A DNA stretch of 64,000 nt from the IMG/VR virus record IMGVR_UViG_3300035034_002688; one strand, 5' to 3'. Shown piece by piece: positions 45,547 through 55,121 of the stretch. Numbering within the stretch: position 1 is the first letter of the stretch; every line of letters begins with the position of its first letter. The stretch comes from an uncultured virus (IMG/VR IMGVR_UViG_3300035034_002688). Lineage: Duplodnaviria; Heunggongvirae; Uroviricota; Caudoviricetes. The notes beneath the pieces are model-generated. The model saw only the letters and a program-made list of their open reading frames with translations, did no database searches and was not told the DNA's origin. Both the position numbers and the translations under genes were made by a program.

Positions 45547-46131
45547 TTACCGGGAGTTGCGCCTCACGTGACGCCACACCTCGATCGCCGACTCCCCGAA
45601 CATCTCACTGGGGGCGGGCACCTCCAGTCGAGTCTCATGGAGAATCCCATCCGAAATGTTGGAGCGGGCTTGCACCTGATGAGAGATGAGCCCGCCCACC
45701 TCCTCAACCGTGAGCTGATGCTTGCGCCCATCGTTGTAATAGAACCCCGCCGAGATGAAGTCCTCGACGCACTCATGACTCAAACACTCTCGGATGACGT
45801 TGGAGGCGCCGAGGGTAGGCATCACGACGTCCAGCGCGAAGAGCGAGATGATGCGAACCGGCTTCAGGAGGTGGATGACCTCGTGGACCTTCTTCATATC
45901 GGTGAAGTCCAGACAGACGGCATCTCCCTTGGGGTGTTGGTCCGTCGGCTTGTAGACACTCGGCTCGCTGACGAGGCTCCGCCCGATCTCACACTGGCCG
46001 GCTCCCAGATCCAACACGCACCCACATGCAGGAGGTCCGAGTTGGCGAAAGGCTCGCTGATGACGTGGCTGCGACGCCTTCGCCCACGTGGCATAATCGC
46101 TCCAGAACTTGTCGCTCGCATGGGACATCAC
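45547..46131 (-). CDS. Putative SAM-dependent methyltransferase
   Basis: VLDLGAGQCE motif I; GGAG RBS. Confidence 0.6.
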   Translation of the reverse strand: MMSHASDKFWSDYATWAKASQPRHQRAFRQLGPPACGCVLDLGAGQCEIGRSLVSEPSVYKPTDQHPKGDAVCLDFTDMKKVHEVIHLLKPVRIISLFALDVVMPTLGASNVIRECLSHECVEDFISAGFYYNDGRKHQLTVEEVGGLISHQVQARSNISDGILHETRLEVPAPSEMFGESAIEVWRHVRRNSR

Positions 46132-46201
46132 GGACTCCCTTCGTTACCACCTCTGAAGTTCTATCCGTAAAGGGTAGTCCCTCCCGTACGGGGGCGTCAA
46201 G

Positions 46202-46858
46202 TCAGTTGAAGGAGAGGCTGACTCCGAACACGGAGATGAGGTCTCCAGTGCCGTACTCCACTGCCGCACCTCCCAGGAGGCCGAGATTCTTGGTGAGGTC
46301 TACCCCCAGGCTCAGGCCTCCTTGCTTGAGTCCCGAGTGCGCCTGTACGTGAAGCATGCGCCAGTAGAAGGGCTCGAAGGCCAGCACCGGGTCGAACATC
46401 TCTCCAAGCTCTCCGCCGAGGTTGCTTGGGAGCCACACGAAGCCTAGCTTGACGCGAAGGCGAAAGCCCCACTCCGGGGCCACCGGGGGCTTCTGTTTGG
46501 TGACCGCCACGTTGTTGTCCACGCTGAACTTGAGCTTCCAGCGGCACCACCTCAGCTCCCCCTCCAGCTTGTCGTCGGTCAAGACTTGGCCATCTCGCGT
46601 GATCACGACCCGCTGGTCCTTGAACTCCATGTCCAGGTCCCCGGACTGGGCCGAGTCGATCATGCAGTTGTGGTTCTCGGCCACTTCGGACAGCTCGGCC
46701 GCCTGCGCGTTCGTCAGACACTTGTACCCAATAGGACACTCCGCAGGCGGCCGCTCCAGGGTGCGCAGCTCTCGCTCCTGAGCGTATACATCCTCCGCGA
46801 CCAGGACGGTGTTGAGAAGGACCAGGAGGGCGGTCAGGAGGACGTACGAGCGTTGCAT
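46202..46858 (-). CDS. Exported protein with C-terminal amphipathic beta strands
   Basis: Signal-peptide-like N-terminus; WGFRLRVKLGF...LSLGVDL...ISVFGVSLSFN. Confidence 0.65.
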   Translation of the reverse strand: MQRSYVLLTALLVLLNTVLVAEDVYAQERELRTLERPPAECPIGYKCLTNAQAAELSEVAENHNCMIDSAQSGDLDMEFKDQRVVITRDGQVLTDDKLEGELRWCRWKLKFSVDNNVAVTKQKPPVAPEWGFRLRVKLGFVWLPSNLGGELGEMFDPVLAFEPFYWRMLHVQAHSGLKQGGLSLGVDLTKNLGLLGGAAVEYGTGDLISVFGVSLSFN

Positions 46859-46866
46859 GGGCTACC

Positions 46867-47406
46867 TCACTTGAGCGCGTCCAGAATGTCCTTGGATACG
46901 CGTTTGGGACCTTCGACCACGGTGATCTCGACCTTGCCGGGCTTGGTCAGGATCACCGTGTCAACGTCCGTGTCTTTGACTCCAGTTGGAAGGCGCAGCT
47001 TCTTGGTGGAAGCCTCCCCTTCTTCGGTCTCGGGGACCGCGACCTCCAGGACGTTACGGTCCCGGAAGGGGTTGCGTCTGCGGTCGACTACGGTAACCTC
47101 TCGCTGTACGAATCCTTCGTCGTCAGGCTCGCCCACTTCGATCGGCTCGCCGTCTTTCTGCCGACCCTCAGGCACACGGTTCACCTGCACCTCAAGGCTG
47201 GGCACGTCTTCTGCCTCGTCCCGGCCAAAGAGCCACCCCAGTACGCCGCCCACGTTGAACGCATCACCCACCCCGAAGAGGAGGAGGACTACCGCCACGA
47301 CCACGACCACGAGAGCAATCACGAGTGCCAGAGGGTAGCGCAGCGTATAGTTCCAGACCGTGAGGCCCCACCGCTTGATGCGGCTCCATGCGGTCTCATC
47401 ACTCAT
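46867..47406 (-). CDS. Single-pass membrane protein (i-spanin-like topology)
   Basis: Long N-terminal hydrophobic helix then charged domain; overlaps upstream gene. Confidence 0.65.
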   Translation of the reverse strand: MSDETAWSRIKRWGLTVWNYTLRYPLALVIALVVVVVAVVLLLFGVGDAFNVGGVLGWLFGRDEAEDVPSLEVQVNRVPEGRQKDGEPIEVGEPDDEGFVQREVTVVDRRRNPFRDRNVLEVAVPETEEGEASTKKLRLPTGVKDTDVDTVILTKPGKVEITVVEGPKRVSKDILDALK

Positions 47407-47863
47407 GGTAGTCGTCCGTACGGTCGTCCACGAAGGGAGAGTCCACGAAGGTCACCTTGGGCGGCGAAGGACGGAGGACGTCCTCAGCGCGTGCGAGGCT
47501 AAAGGGCATCGTGGAGGCTGAGTCCGCCTGTGGAAGCGAGATCTGAGGTACCAGCGCAGCAGTGGGCGCAGCAGTGGGCGCCGCAGCGGGAGCTGCTGGA
47601 CCAAAGATGGGCGTGGCCTGTGATCCACGGGCTCCCAGTCGACCTCGCATGATCTCGGCAAGAGGGCCCGAGAGCTTCTTGCCGAAGTTGTAGGCGAAGA
47701 GGACGAGCAGGATGTCGAACATCGTGTTCGGCACCGCCTTGGTGGCGGCCCAGAACCAGATGTGGGCTCCAAACACGACCCAGCACATGAGGCGGCCCAT
47801 GCTCAACTCGTTATTCTCAATGAGGACGGCGCCCCACTTGACGGCTTTGATACGGTCCCACAT
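47399..47863 (-). CDS. Two-TM membrane protein, holin-like
   Basis: LSMGRLMCWVVFGAHIWFW and FDILLVLFAYNFGKK segments; GAGGAG RBS. Confidence 0.55.
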   Translation of the reverse strand: MWDRIKAVKWGAVLIENNELSMGRLMCWVVFGAHIWFWAATKAVPNTMFDILLVLFAYNFGKKLSGPLAEIMRGRLGARGSQATPIFGPAAPAAAPTAAPTAALVPQISLPQADSASTMPFSLARAEDVLRPSPPKVTFVDSPFVDDRTDDYHE

Positions 47864-47865
47864 GG

Positions 47866-49035
47866 TCAACTCTCCTCAGTATGATAGGGTAAGTGCAGGT
47901 GCAAGGTCGTACCCTCTCCAACGGTGCTCTCCGCGTCGATAGTACCACCTGCACTGCGCACAAAGTGATAAACGAAGTACAACCCCAGACCCGAGCCTGT
48001 ATCCACGTCTCGCGTGGTGAAATACGGAGTGAAGACTTGCTTGAGCGTGTTGGCGTCCATGCCACACCCGTTGTCCGTAAAGCTCAGGACGATGCAGTTC
48101 GGGTGGTGGGGCTTGTTACACATGTGCGTAAGGATGCGTATGGACGCCTCCTCTTCCAGGCCCTTGGTGGCACGCATGGCGTTGTCGAACAGGTTGGTCA
48201 AGACTTGGGAGAATCGGGGCCCGGACATCTCAATGAGCTTGTCTTGAGCGAGGTCATTCTCCATCGAGAACACCCCCACATAGCGCTTGGTGGGCTCCAC
48301 GAAGCTCATTGTCTGCACGTAGTTGTTGAGCGCATGTCCCAGATCAAGGAAAGCCCCCTGGGGAGCCGTCAGCTCACGCATGGGAGCGGTCATGTCGTTG
48401 AGGATCTGTGACATTCGCAGGAGCGCCGTCCGGGTGCCCTCAAGAGAGGTAGAGAGGTCGACGTCTTCGGACTCCGAGGAGATCTCCAGGAGGTCAAGGT
48501 ATCCGCGAGCGGTAGCCAGAGGCGTCTTTAGCTCGTGGTTGAGACCGAAGAGCATGATCTGAAGCCTCTCCGCCCACTTGTGCTCCTCCTCTGCCAGGAT
48601 CACGGCGTGTGTCGCCGCTACCTCGATGAATATGATCAGTGTCGCCCCAAACGCATCATGCCGATAGAAGCGTACGAGATGCTCATCGGAGCGTCCCTTG
48701 AGGTAGAGACCTTTAATGAGCATCGGCTGGCGGAACTCCCCCAGGGCAAAGAGGGTGTCCAGGAGGGTATGGCAATCCTCCCGCACAAAGTCGTACAGGG
48801 AGCAGTACCCAAGCTCGTCCAGGGTGAGACCTACGTACTCCAGGGCCGGGGGGTTGGCGTGGAGGAGGTCTGCGTTGAAGTCGGTCTGGAAAATGACGGA
48901 GACGTTCTCATAGTAGCTGGCGAGACTTGCAACCACCTCCACGCCCTCGGAGAGATGACGATCCTCAGGCGGCCTTCGCCACATGCCTCGCCACTTCTTC
49001 CAGAAACGACCGAGCTGCGAAATGGTCTTTCTCAT
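47866..49035 (-). CDS. Cytoplasmic sensor histidine kinase (PAS-like, HisKA, HATPase)
   Basis: H box NHELKTPL, N box QVLTNLFDNA, G1 DNGCGM, F box FTPYFTT, G2 GSGLGL; true start may be a GTG near 48940. Confidence 0.93.
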   Translation of the reverse strand: MRKTISQLGRFWKKWRGMWRRPPEDRHLSEGVEVVASLASYYENVSVIFQTDFNADLLHANPPALEYVGLTLDELGYCSLYDFVREDCHTLLDTLFALGEFRQPMLIKGLYLKGRSDEHLVRFYRHDAFGATLIIFIEVAATHAVILAEEEHKWAERLQIMLFGLNHELKTPLATARGYLDLLEISSESEDVDLSTSLEGTRTALLRMSQILNDMTAPMRELTAPQGAFLDLGHALNNYVQTMSFVEPTKRYVGVFSMENDLAQDKLIEMSGPRFSQVLTNLFDNAMRATKGLEEEASIRILTHMCNKPHHPNCIVLSFTDNGCGMDANTLKQVFTPYFTTRDVDTGSGLGLYFVYHFVRSAGGTIDAESTVGEGTTLHLHLPYHTEES

Positions 49036-49345
49036 AGATCCGCTCTCCCGTGGCCGAGGCGGCCCGATACTCAGGGCTTTGGGGGTGACACCCGGTCAAG
49101 AATATGACCGGGCACGTATGGCCCTCTTCCCGTAGCCAATGGTAAAACTCCACTCCTCCAGTGCCGTTGATGATCAGATCAATGACCACGCAGTCCGGGT
49201 CGTTCCCCGCTTCGGAGAGGCTCTCCTTGGCCAGTCTGATGGCGTGCGCCTTCTCAGTGCACACCTCCACGTCGTAACGCAGGGAGAGGATGGACTTGAG
49301 CATGCTCGCCATCTCGGTATCGTCTTCGATTACCAGGACCTTCAT
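48965..49345 (-). CDS. Single-domain response regulator (receiver)
   Basis: KVLVIEDD, PDCVVIDL (acceptor Asp), PVIFLTG, IYEK. Confidence 0.92.
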   Translation of the reverse strand: MKVLVIEDDTEMASMLKSILSLRYDVEVCTEKAHAIRLAKESLSEAGNDPDCVVIDLIINGTGGVEFYHWLREEGHTCPVIFLTGCHPQSPEYRAASATGERIYEKDHFAARSFLEEVARHVAKAA

Positions 49346-49349
49346 AAGA

Positions 49350-49790
49350 TCACTTCTCTCTCTGGGGACCCTGCACAGGAAGTGCAGGCTCTTGGTCGTT
49401 AGTCTTGCTCTCCACCTTCTGAGTCGCAGCGGCCGTCTGGAGGTCCACCGTCTTCATGAAGTAGGTCGTAAGGCTGCCGACCAGGAGCAGGATGATGGGC
49501 CATAACCACTTCATGGTCTTGATGGAGCCGTTGATCTGCTGCAAGGTCGCCGTGTTTGCCATGACGAGCTTGGTGATCTCCTTGCGGTCCTCAATGTCTT
49601 GCTCCAGGGTCTGCTCGACCGACTGGAGCTTGAGCGTCATCTGAGACTGGTTCTCGGAGACCTCCTCAAGACCGGACCCGAACGACTCAAAGCGCTTGAA
49701 GATCTGATCGTCACGTGTCTTACGGACGGACCTCTCCGCCGTAAGGCGCTCTTCGAGACGTGTGAGCCTCTCCCTTCCCTCTTCATTCAT
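49350..49790 (-). CDS. Coiled-coil protein with one TM helix (XhlA/holin-like layout)
   Basis: RLTRLEE heptads followed by MKWLWPIILLLVGSLTTYF. Confidence 0.6.
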   Translation of the reverse strand: MNEEGRERLTRLEERLTAERSVRKTRDDQIFKRFESFGSGLEEVSENQSQMTLKLQSVEQTLEQDIEDRKEITKLVMANTATLQQINGSIKTMKWLWPIILLLVGSLTTYFMKTVDLQTAAATQKVESKTNDQEPALPVQGPQREK

Positions 49791-49960
49791 TTGGGGCCCC
49801 CTTCGCGTCGCAACAGGGTGCGAGCTTGGTCGGTTTGGTGTCGGATCTCATCCGTCATACCTTCCTTGACTGCCCTCGTCTTCAAGTATACCAAACGACC
49901 TTTGGCCCATTCTACTGCGCGAGTACCTCTCAAATCAGTGGCACGGAGCTTCCTTGACAT
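49787..49960 (-). CDS. Small basic protein (57 aa, absent from ORF track)
   Basis: AAGGAGG RBS, MSRKLRATDL...EGGPK, ATGA overlap with the next gene. Confidence 0.65.
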   Translation of the reverse strand: MSRKLRATDLRGTRAVEWAKGRLVYLKTRAVKEGMTDEIRHQTDQARTLLRREGGPK

Positions 49961-49990
49961 GGGGCCCTCCTTTACGGTACCCCCAAGATG

Positions 49991-52900
49991 TCAGGGGCAA
50001 TCCGGGTCGATTCCCGGCGTCAGAGGATCACGAGTATCCGCGACCTCAATATCATCAGGCCGGGGGAGACGTCGCCCTCCCTGAACCAAGGGTCGACCCT
50101 CGATTCGGTACCGGTCGACGGCGTTGCTGCCCTCTCCCAGACCTGTCGGGTGGGTCTGTAGTACCAAATCCATAAACTCATTAGTGAGGGCCCCGGACGT
50201 GTCAAGCTCCTTGCCCAAACGCAGGCCCGTAGCGATCACGAGCTGAAGCTCGTCACCATAGCTGACCTGCCTCTCACTGGTCGTGACGCTCTGCTTCTGA
50301 ACACGCACGAGCAGCGCAACCCCCAGGAGGGCTCCGCCGTGCATTGAGAGGTCCTCAGGGCGAGGCGAAGCGAGGTATCCAAGGTCCTTGGAGACGCGTG
50401 GGCCCGAGAGCGTCATTGCGCCTCCAGGGTTACGACCACTGGCTACCGTCGCCGTGCCGCCACGGTAGGTGCGGTAGAGCAGGAAGTTCGGGTCGTACCC
50501 AGTAAGGGCTGCCGAGCCCGCCGCCGTACCATCCGAGAGCAGCAACGCTCCGTCAAGCCACGTCTTCGAGAGCGCGCGGTCGTAGCGGTAATCACCCGGC
50601 ACGTCCAGAGATACGCCAGGAGTGAAGAAGCGCTCGGCAGATCGCCCGAGACCCTCTCCGAGGAAGTGTGCGTCCGAAGCGAGGATACCCAGGGGCAACC
50701 GCTCGGTAGCTCCCAGCATCTGCGCTCCCACGTAGCGGGCGATGGTCACTCCTCCAGCCGGAGCCGGGTGAGCACGAACCTTGGACGGGATCGGGGCGTC
50801 CGCAGCAGACGTGTAGGGGTAGGCGGCCAGCGAAAGGTAGCCCACGTCCGTGTAGCTTCCCGAGACCACCGGGCCCGAGAGCGCCCCGGTTCCCAGCGTC
50901 GTGACGAAGGGGAAAGAGGCTACGATCTCCACAACCCCAGGGTTCTCCACGCGCGCTTGAGATGGGTCCTCAAAGGGCTGCCCAAGCTGCGTGATCTGCG
51001 TGGGGTTCTCCGAGGTACGCTTGGGCACGTAGTCAAGCAGCTCCACGCTGCCCGTGTCCGTGGTCGAGATGGGCATGGTGCCGTAGATAGCTCCCTGGTA
51101 GGGGATACGCGTGGAGACGACCGAGATCTGGTCTCCCGCCTCGGCAGGTCCCGGTACGAAGAGCTGGTAGCTCCTGTCCGCTGTGCCTGCACCTGCCAAG
51201 CGATGCACGCGCGTGTAGTCCTGCGTCCAGTCGTCGAAGAAGAAGGCCGCGAACTCGAAGACGAGCGGGCTGTCCACCAGCTCTCCTCCCAGGTAGGACA
51301 TGTCCAGGACGTCCTCCGGGATCACGAAGGTGTTGTTCTGCGTGATGATGAAGCTGCGGCGCTCTCCGTCCTCGCGCAAGAGGTTGTCACGCCCCACGCC
51401 CGAGTCCGTACGGAACGGCGCTGCGGCCGTGTCCGAGAAGTTGGAGACGCCGGGGCTGTCCGTGTAGAAGTCCTCCTGCCTGTAGACGGCGAAGAGGCGC
51501 GCGATGCCGTAGTTGGCCGGGATCTCAATACCCCGCACTCCACCCGCATTGTAGTAGCGACACGCGAGCGCGTTGACACCACCAGGGCCTCCGCCCACGC
51601 CGGAGAGGTCGGGGTAGGTCCCGAAGTCTCCCAGGGTCAGGTTGAGCGGATCATAGACCGCCACGACCCGCTGCTGAATGAACGGGGCGTTGACCGACTG
51701 CGAGCCGGAGAGGAACAGGTGGTTGATGCCGTACGCAGGAGCGGTCGATGTGGCCGTTCCTGCGGCGCGTGAGCGTACGAAGGGCACATCATGGCGTCCC
51801 AGTGCCCCTCGAAGCTCGCGAGGCACCAGAAGCGAATCTGAGCCCGGTGTGAGATTGAACAGGCCGGTCACGTCCGAGTAGCTGCGCGCCGAGGGGACCG
51901 GCTGTGGGTCCATGCGTGCCGAGATGTTACGCATCGGCTGGTAGATCAGCGTCTTCGAGCCGGGATCAACATAGGCCTCTCCCCATACCGTCTCGGGCGT
52001 CTCAGGCTCACGAAGCGAACGCACAGGAGTTTGAGCGTTGCGCAGGTGCGGGTACGACTCGCCGGGGAGCACGTTGGAGCGTCGAATGTTCGCGGTCGGG
52101 CTCGCTGCTTGGTTCGCGAACGTGTTCTCGCGCACGAAGAGTGACGGGGTGGCCGCGTCAAGGTCAACGTAGAGGCTGACCTCCGGAGAACGCGCCAGAC
52201 CCTGGACCGGATGGTAGAGCAGGTCATGCGAGAGGTAGAGGGCCGAGTCGGTCGCGGCCGTACGGCCCGACGCCAGCGCGATGAACAGGCTGTCGTCAGT
52301 CTCCGAGCACTGCTCCAGGTAGAGACCCCAGGTACGGTTGGTCGTGCCGCCCGTATCAAAGCCGGGTGCTCCGCCGTCCGGGGTCTGAACCACAAGAGCA
52401 CCTCCCGCCACGTGCCCTACGACCCGGAACGCGCCGTGGTTGAGGGGACGCGTCGAGGTAGGGTCAGTGCCGGGAGTGAGCAGCAAGAAGGCCCCCGCCT
52501 CCAGGATGGCGTCAATGTCTGCGCTAAAGTCCAGGCTCACGTCTACCGTGCCCCCTGCCGGACCTTGAATCGACGTGGCCGAGTTGGCGAACGTGATCGC
52601 GGTCGTACCCGAAGACGCGACCGAGAGGCCGTCAAGAGGCGTACCCAGGACCACGAAGTCTGGATCAACGTCGCCGCTGCTGGTCGAGTACGCGTCCCGA
52701 CGATCAGGGTCCGCGCTATCCGGGTCCGTGTCCCCGTACCATACGCGCACGGGCGCGTGCGTGGTCCCGTCGTACTCGTAGGGATGGACGAATCGGACCT
52801 TCTGGTCGTTGACCGACGCGAACGTGTTGCGGTACTGGTCCAGTGCGATGGCGACCACATCACGAGGGTTCCAGTTCTCGGCCGCCGCCGAATCCTGACG

Positions 52901-54415
52901 GAAGATGTCCACCGTCGGGTTGAAGGGGAGGTCCGAAGAGTTCTGAGTCGACCCGTTCGATCCCAGGACGACCAAGTTGTCCGGCTGGAGCACGCACGCA
53001 TCCGAGAACACGCGACGGAACCCGTCAGGAGCGTCCCCCTTGATCTGGAAATCAGGAGCGACGGCAGAGCCTCCGAGGTAGTCCACCTGGAAATGGCGCG
53101 TCCCCTTCACGCCTGCTGAGGAGCGCTTCCAGGTCGTCTGCATCTCTCCCTTGAGAACGCGGCCGAGGTTGTGCTTGAGGAGCCCGTCAAAGTCGACCGG
53201 GCCCATGCCCACGACGTGTCGGAGATCGTGGATGTCGTCGGCCACGACCTGATCGCTGAACAGGCCCAGAGGGTGTCCAGTGACGTGGAGAATCTGTGCT
53301 CCGATGGCATGGTTCGTAGCCACGGTCCCACGGTCACCGCGCGTCGCCAGGGTCAGCGTGTTGCCTACATAAGACGTGTAGGCCATGACCTCGCCATCAA
53401 CCTTGATCAGACCTCCGCCCGAGTTGAACGTCGTAGAGGACGCCACGGTGTCCACGCTCAAGGAGAGGTCAGTGGGTCCAACAGCTCCCGTCAGCGTGAT
53501 CGTGGGGAGCACGCGCGCCTGAGTACGGTCACTGGCAGAGGGATTACGGTTGACCGCACCCGCCTGTGCCAGGGCTGACCAGTTCGCCGTCGAGCGGCGG
53601 AAGACGAAACACAGGGGGATGGCGTAGACGTAGCCGTCCACGGTGCCAAGGAGCCCGTTGCTTCCATCGCCATCACCCGCGCGCCAGAGGCCTGCATCGC
53701 CCAGCGTGTCACACTGGTTGGTGAACGTGTAGAGAGCGTTGGCCGAAGCCGTGGGCACGTCCAGCGTGCCTTGAGCTTTGATCTGCGCGTTGAAACCGAA
53801 GGGGTTGAGCGTCGGGTTCACGGCAGAGACAACACGCAAGCGGTACTGGATCTGTACGCGCTCCGTGGTCTCAATCCCGATGGCCGGGTCGAGGAAGTCC
53901 TGTACGGGGTTGGTGCCTCCGTACTCGACGTTGCCGTAACGCCAGACCGTATCCACGCCGGGCTTTGAGGCCGTGCCTGAGGGAGCGATCTGCGCCTTCC
54001 ACACCTCCAGGAATACGAAGTTGACGTCTGCGTCGGTGGTCGTGGCCTGAGGAGGCGGGAGCGTGATCGCGTTACGCGTGCCGACGTTCCCTGTCCCGAT
54101 CACGGGAATCATCCAGCCGTTGACGTGGGCCCAGATGATGTCTCCGTCGTCCCCGGAGGTCTCCTTGCCCAGCCAGAACAGGTTCGAGGCCTGCGTGGAC
54201 GTCTCGAAGTCGTCTGCGGCTCGGATAGGGTCCCCGATGAACCCGGAGGGGATGTTGGCCTTGATGAGCGCGCGGCGAGCCTCTTCGCTGATCTGAGAGA
54301 GCAGGTTCAGCTCCGAATCCAGCGGCGGCCGGTTCTTCTGAAAGACCGGCGAGAGGAAGTTGCGAGCCTGCGCGGTCAACGTGCGGGAGACGCCTTCTCC
54401 AAGAAAATCGGTCAT
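49991..54415 (-). CDS. Large virion structural (tail/baseplate) protein, 1474 aa
   Basis: VFQKNRPPLDSELN N-terminus, G/T/S/D-rich; paralogous to 61470-64000. Confidence 0.7.
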   Translation of the reverse strand: MTDFLGEGVSRTLTAQARNFLSPVFQKNRPPLDSELNLLSQISEEARRALIKANIPSGFIGDPIRAADDFETSTQASNLFWLGKETSGDDGDIIWAHVNGWMIPVIGTGNVGTRNAITLPPPQATTTDADVNFVFLEVWKAQIAPSGTASKPGVDTVWRYGNVEYGGTNPVQDFLDPAIGIETTERVQIQYRLRVVSAVNPTLNPFGFNAQIKAQGTLDVPTASANALYTFTNQCDTLGDAGLWRAGDGDGSNGLLGTVDGYVYAIPLCFVFRRSTANWSALAQAGAVNRNPSASDRTQARVLPTITLTGAVGPTDLSLSVDTVASSTTFNSGGGLIKVDGEVMAYTSYVGNTLTLATRGDRGTVATNHAIGAQILHVTGHPLGLFSDQVVADDIHDLRHVVGMGPVDFDGLLKHNLGRVLKGEMQTTWKRSSAGVKGTRHFQVDYLGGSAVAPDFQIKGDAPDGFRRVFSDACVLQPDNLVVLGSNGSTQNSSDLPFNPTVDIFRQDSAAAENWNPRDVVAIALDQYRNTFASVNDQKVRFVHPYEYDGTTHAPVRVWYGDTDPDSADPDRRDAYSTSSGDVDPDFVVLGTPLDGLSVASSGTTAITFANSATSIQGPAGGTVDVSLDFSADIDAILEAGAFLLLTPGTDPTSTRPLNHGAFRVVGHVAGGALVVQTPDGGAPGFDTGGTTNRTWGLYLEQCSETDDSLFIALASGRTAATDSALYLSHDLLYHPVQGLARSPEVSLYVDLDAATPSLFVRENTFANQAASPTANIRRSNVLPGESYPHLRNAQTPVRSLREPETPETVWGEAYVDPGSKTLIYQPMRNISARMDPQPVPSARSYSDVTGLFNLTPGSDSLLVPRELRGALGRHDVPFVRSRAAGTATSTAPAYGINHLFLSGSQSVNAPFIQQRVVAVYDPLNLTLGDFGTYPDLSGVGGGPGGVNALACRYYNAGGVRGIEIPANYGIARLFAVYRQEDFYTDSPGVSNFSDTAAAPFRTDSGVGRDNLLREDGERRSFIITQNNTFVIPEDVLDMSYLGGELVDSPLVFEFAAFFFDDWTQDYTRVHRLAGAGTADRSYQLFVPGPAEAGDQISVVSTRIPYQGAIYGTMPISTTDTGSVELLDYVPKRTSENPTQITQLGQPFEDPSQARVENPGVVEIVASFPFVTTLGTGALSGPVVSGSYTDVGYLSLAAYPYTSAADAPIPSKVRAHPAPAGGVTIARYVGAQMLGATERLPLGILASDAHFLGEGLGRSAERFFTPGVSLDVPGDYRYDRALSKTWLDGALLLSDGTAAGSAALTGYDPNFLLYRTYRGGTATVASGRNPGGAMTLSGPRVSKDLGYLASPRPEDLSMHGGALLGVALLVRVQKQSVTTSERQVSYGDELQLVIATGLRLGKELDTSGALTNEFMDLVLQTHPTGLGEGSNAVDRYRIEGRPLVQGGRRLPRPDDIEVADTRDPLTPGIDPDCP

Positions 54416-54458
54416 GATCGGGTGCTCACTCTAGTGTGTAAGGGCCGTCGCCCCTACC

Positions 54459-55094
54459 TCAGTAGAGGAGGGCGAGCGACCCGATGTAATAGCGCTGGCC
54501 GGGCGTGCTGTTCTCAAAGCGTACTCGGAGCTGATTGCCGGACCCCGCGAGTAGCTCAGGGGTCAGGTGTGTCACCTGAGTATACGTCGCGCCATCATCA
54601 TTGGATACAAAAACATCAACAAGGTCTGGCTCGACTCGCTGATAGACCACCTCGGAGGTGCGCGTGCCCGTTCGCGTGAGCGTGTACAGATCCCAGTACA
54701 CCGCGAAGTCCTCGAAGAGGCCGTCCGCCGAGACGTCAATCGTATCCGTCTGCAAGCGTCCGTTCTGCGCCCCTACTGGATCATAAGCCGCCAGGAATGC
54801 CCTGTAGACACCAACACCTCCCATGATGTCCGGGTCCGTGAGGTCCCAGACGCCGGCCGTATCCAGCTCATCGAAGAAGATGTTGGTGTAGCGAGGCGCG
54901 AGCGCCAGCAACGCCGCGAACTTCTGATCTCTCAGCTCATCGGAGTCAAAAGGGACCACCGACTCGTCGATAGAGAGGTCGTCCGGGACGTCAACCACAC
55001 GAAAGCCCTGGACAGATACGCCCGTGAGGCGGGAGTAGCTGGCCTTGATTTGAGAGGTCGCGCGGTCAAGCAGGTAGAACGGCATGGCAATCAC
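54459..55094 (-). CDS. Hypothetical, probably structural protein
   Basis: 211-aa ORF inside the structural run; VFVSNDDGATY motif. Confidence 0.65.
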   Translation of the reverse strand: MIAMPFYLLDRATSQIKASYSRLTGVSVQGFRVVDVPDDLSIDESVVPFDSDELRDQKFAALLALAPRYTNIFFDELDTAGVWDLTDPDIMGGVGVYRAFLAAYDPVGAQNGRLQTDTIDVSADGLFEDFAVYWDLYTLTRTGTRTSEVVYQRVEPDLVDVFVSNDDGATYTQVTHLTPELLAGSGNQLRVRFENSTPGQRYYIGSLALLY

Positions 55095-55121
55095 ACCCTG
55101 TAGAAAGAGGAGAAGGAACGA

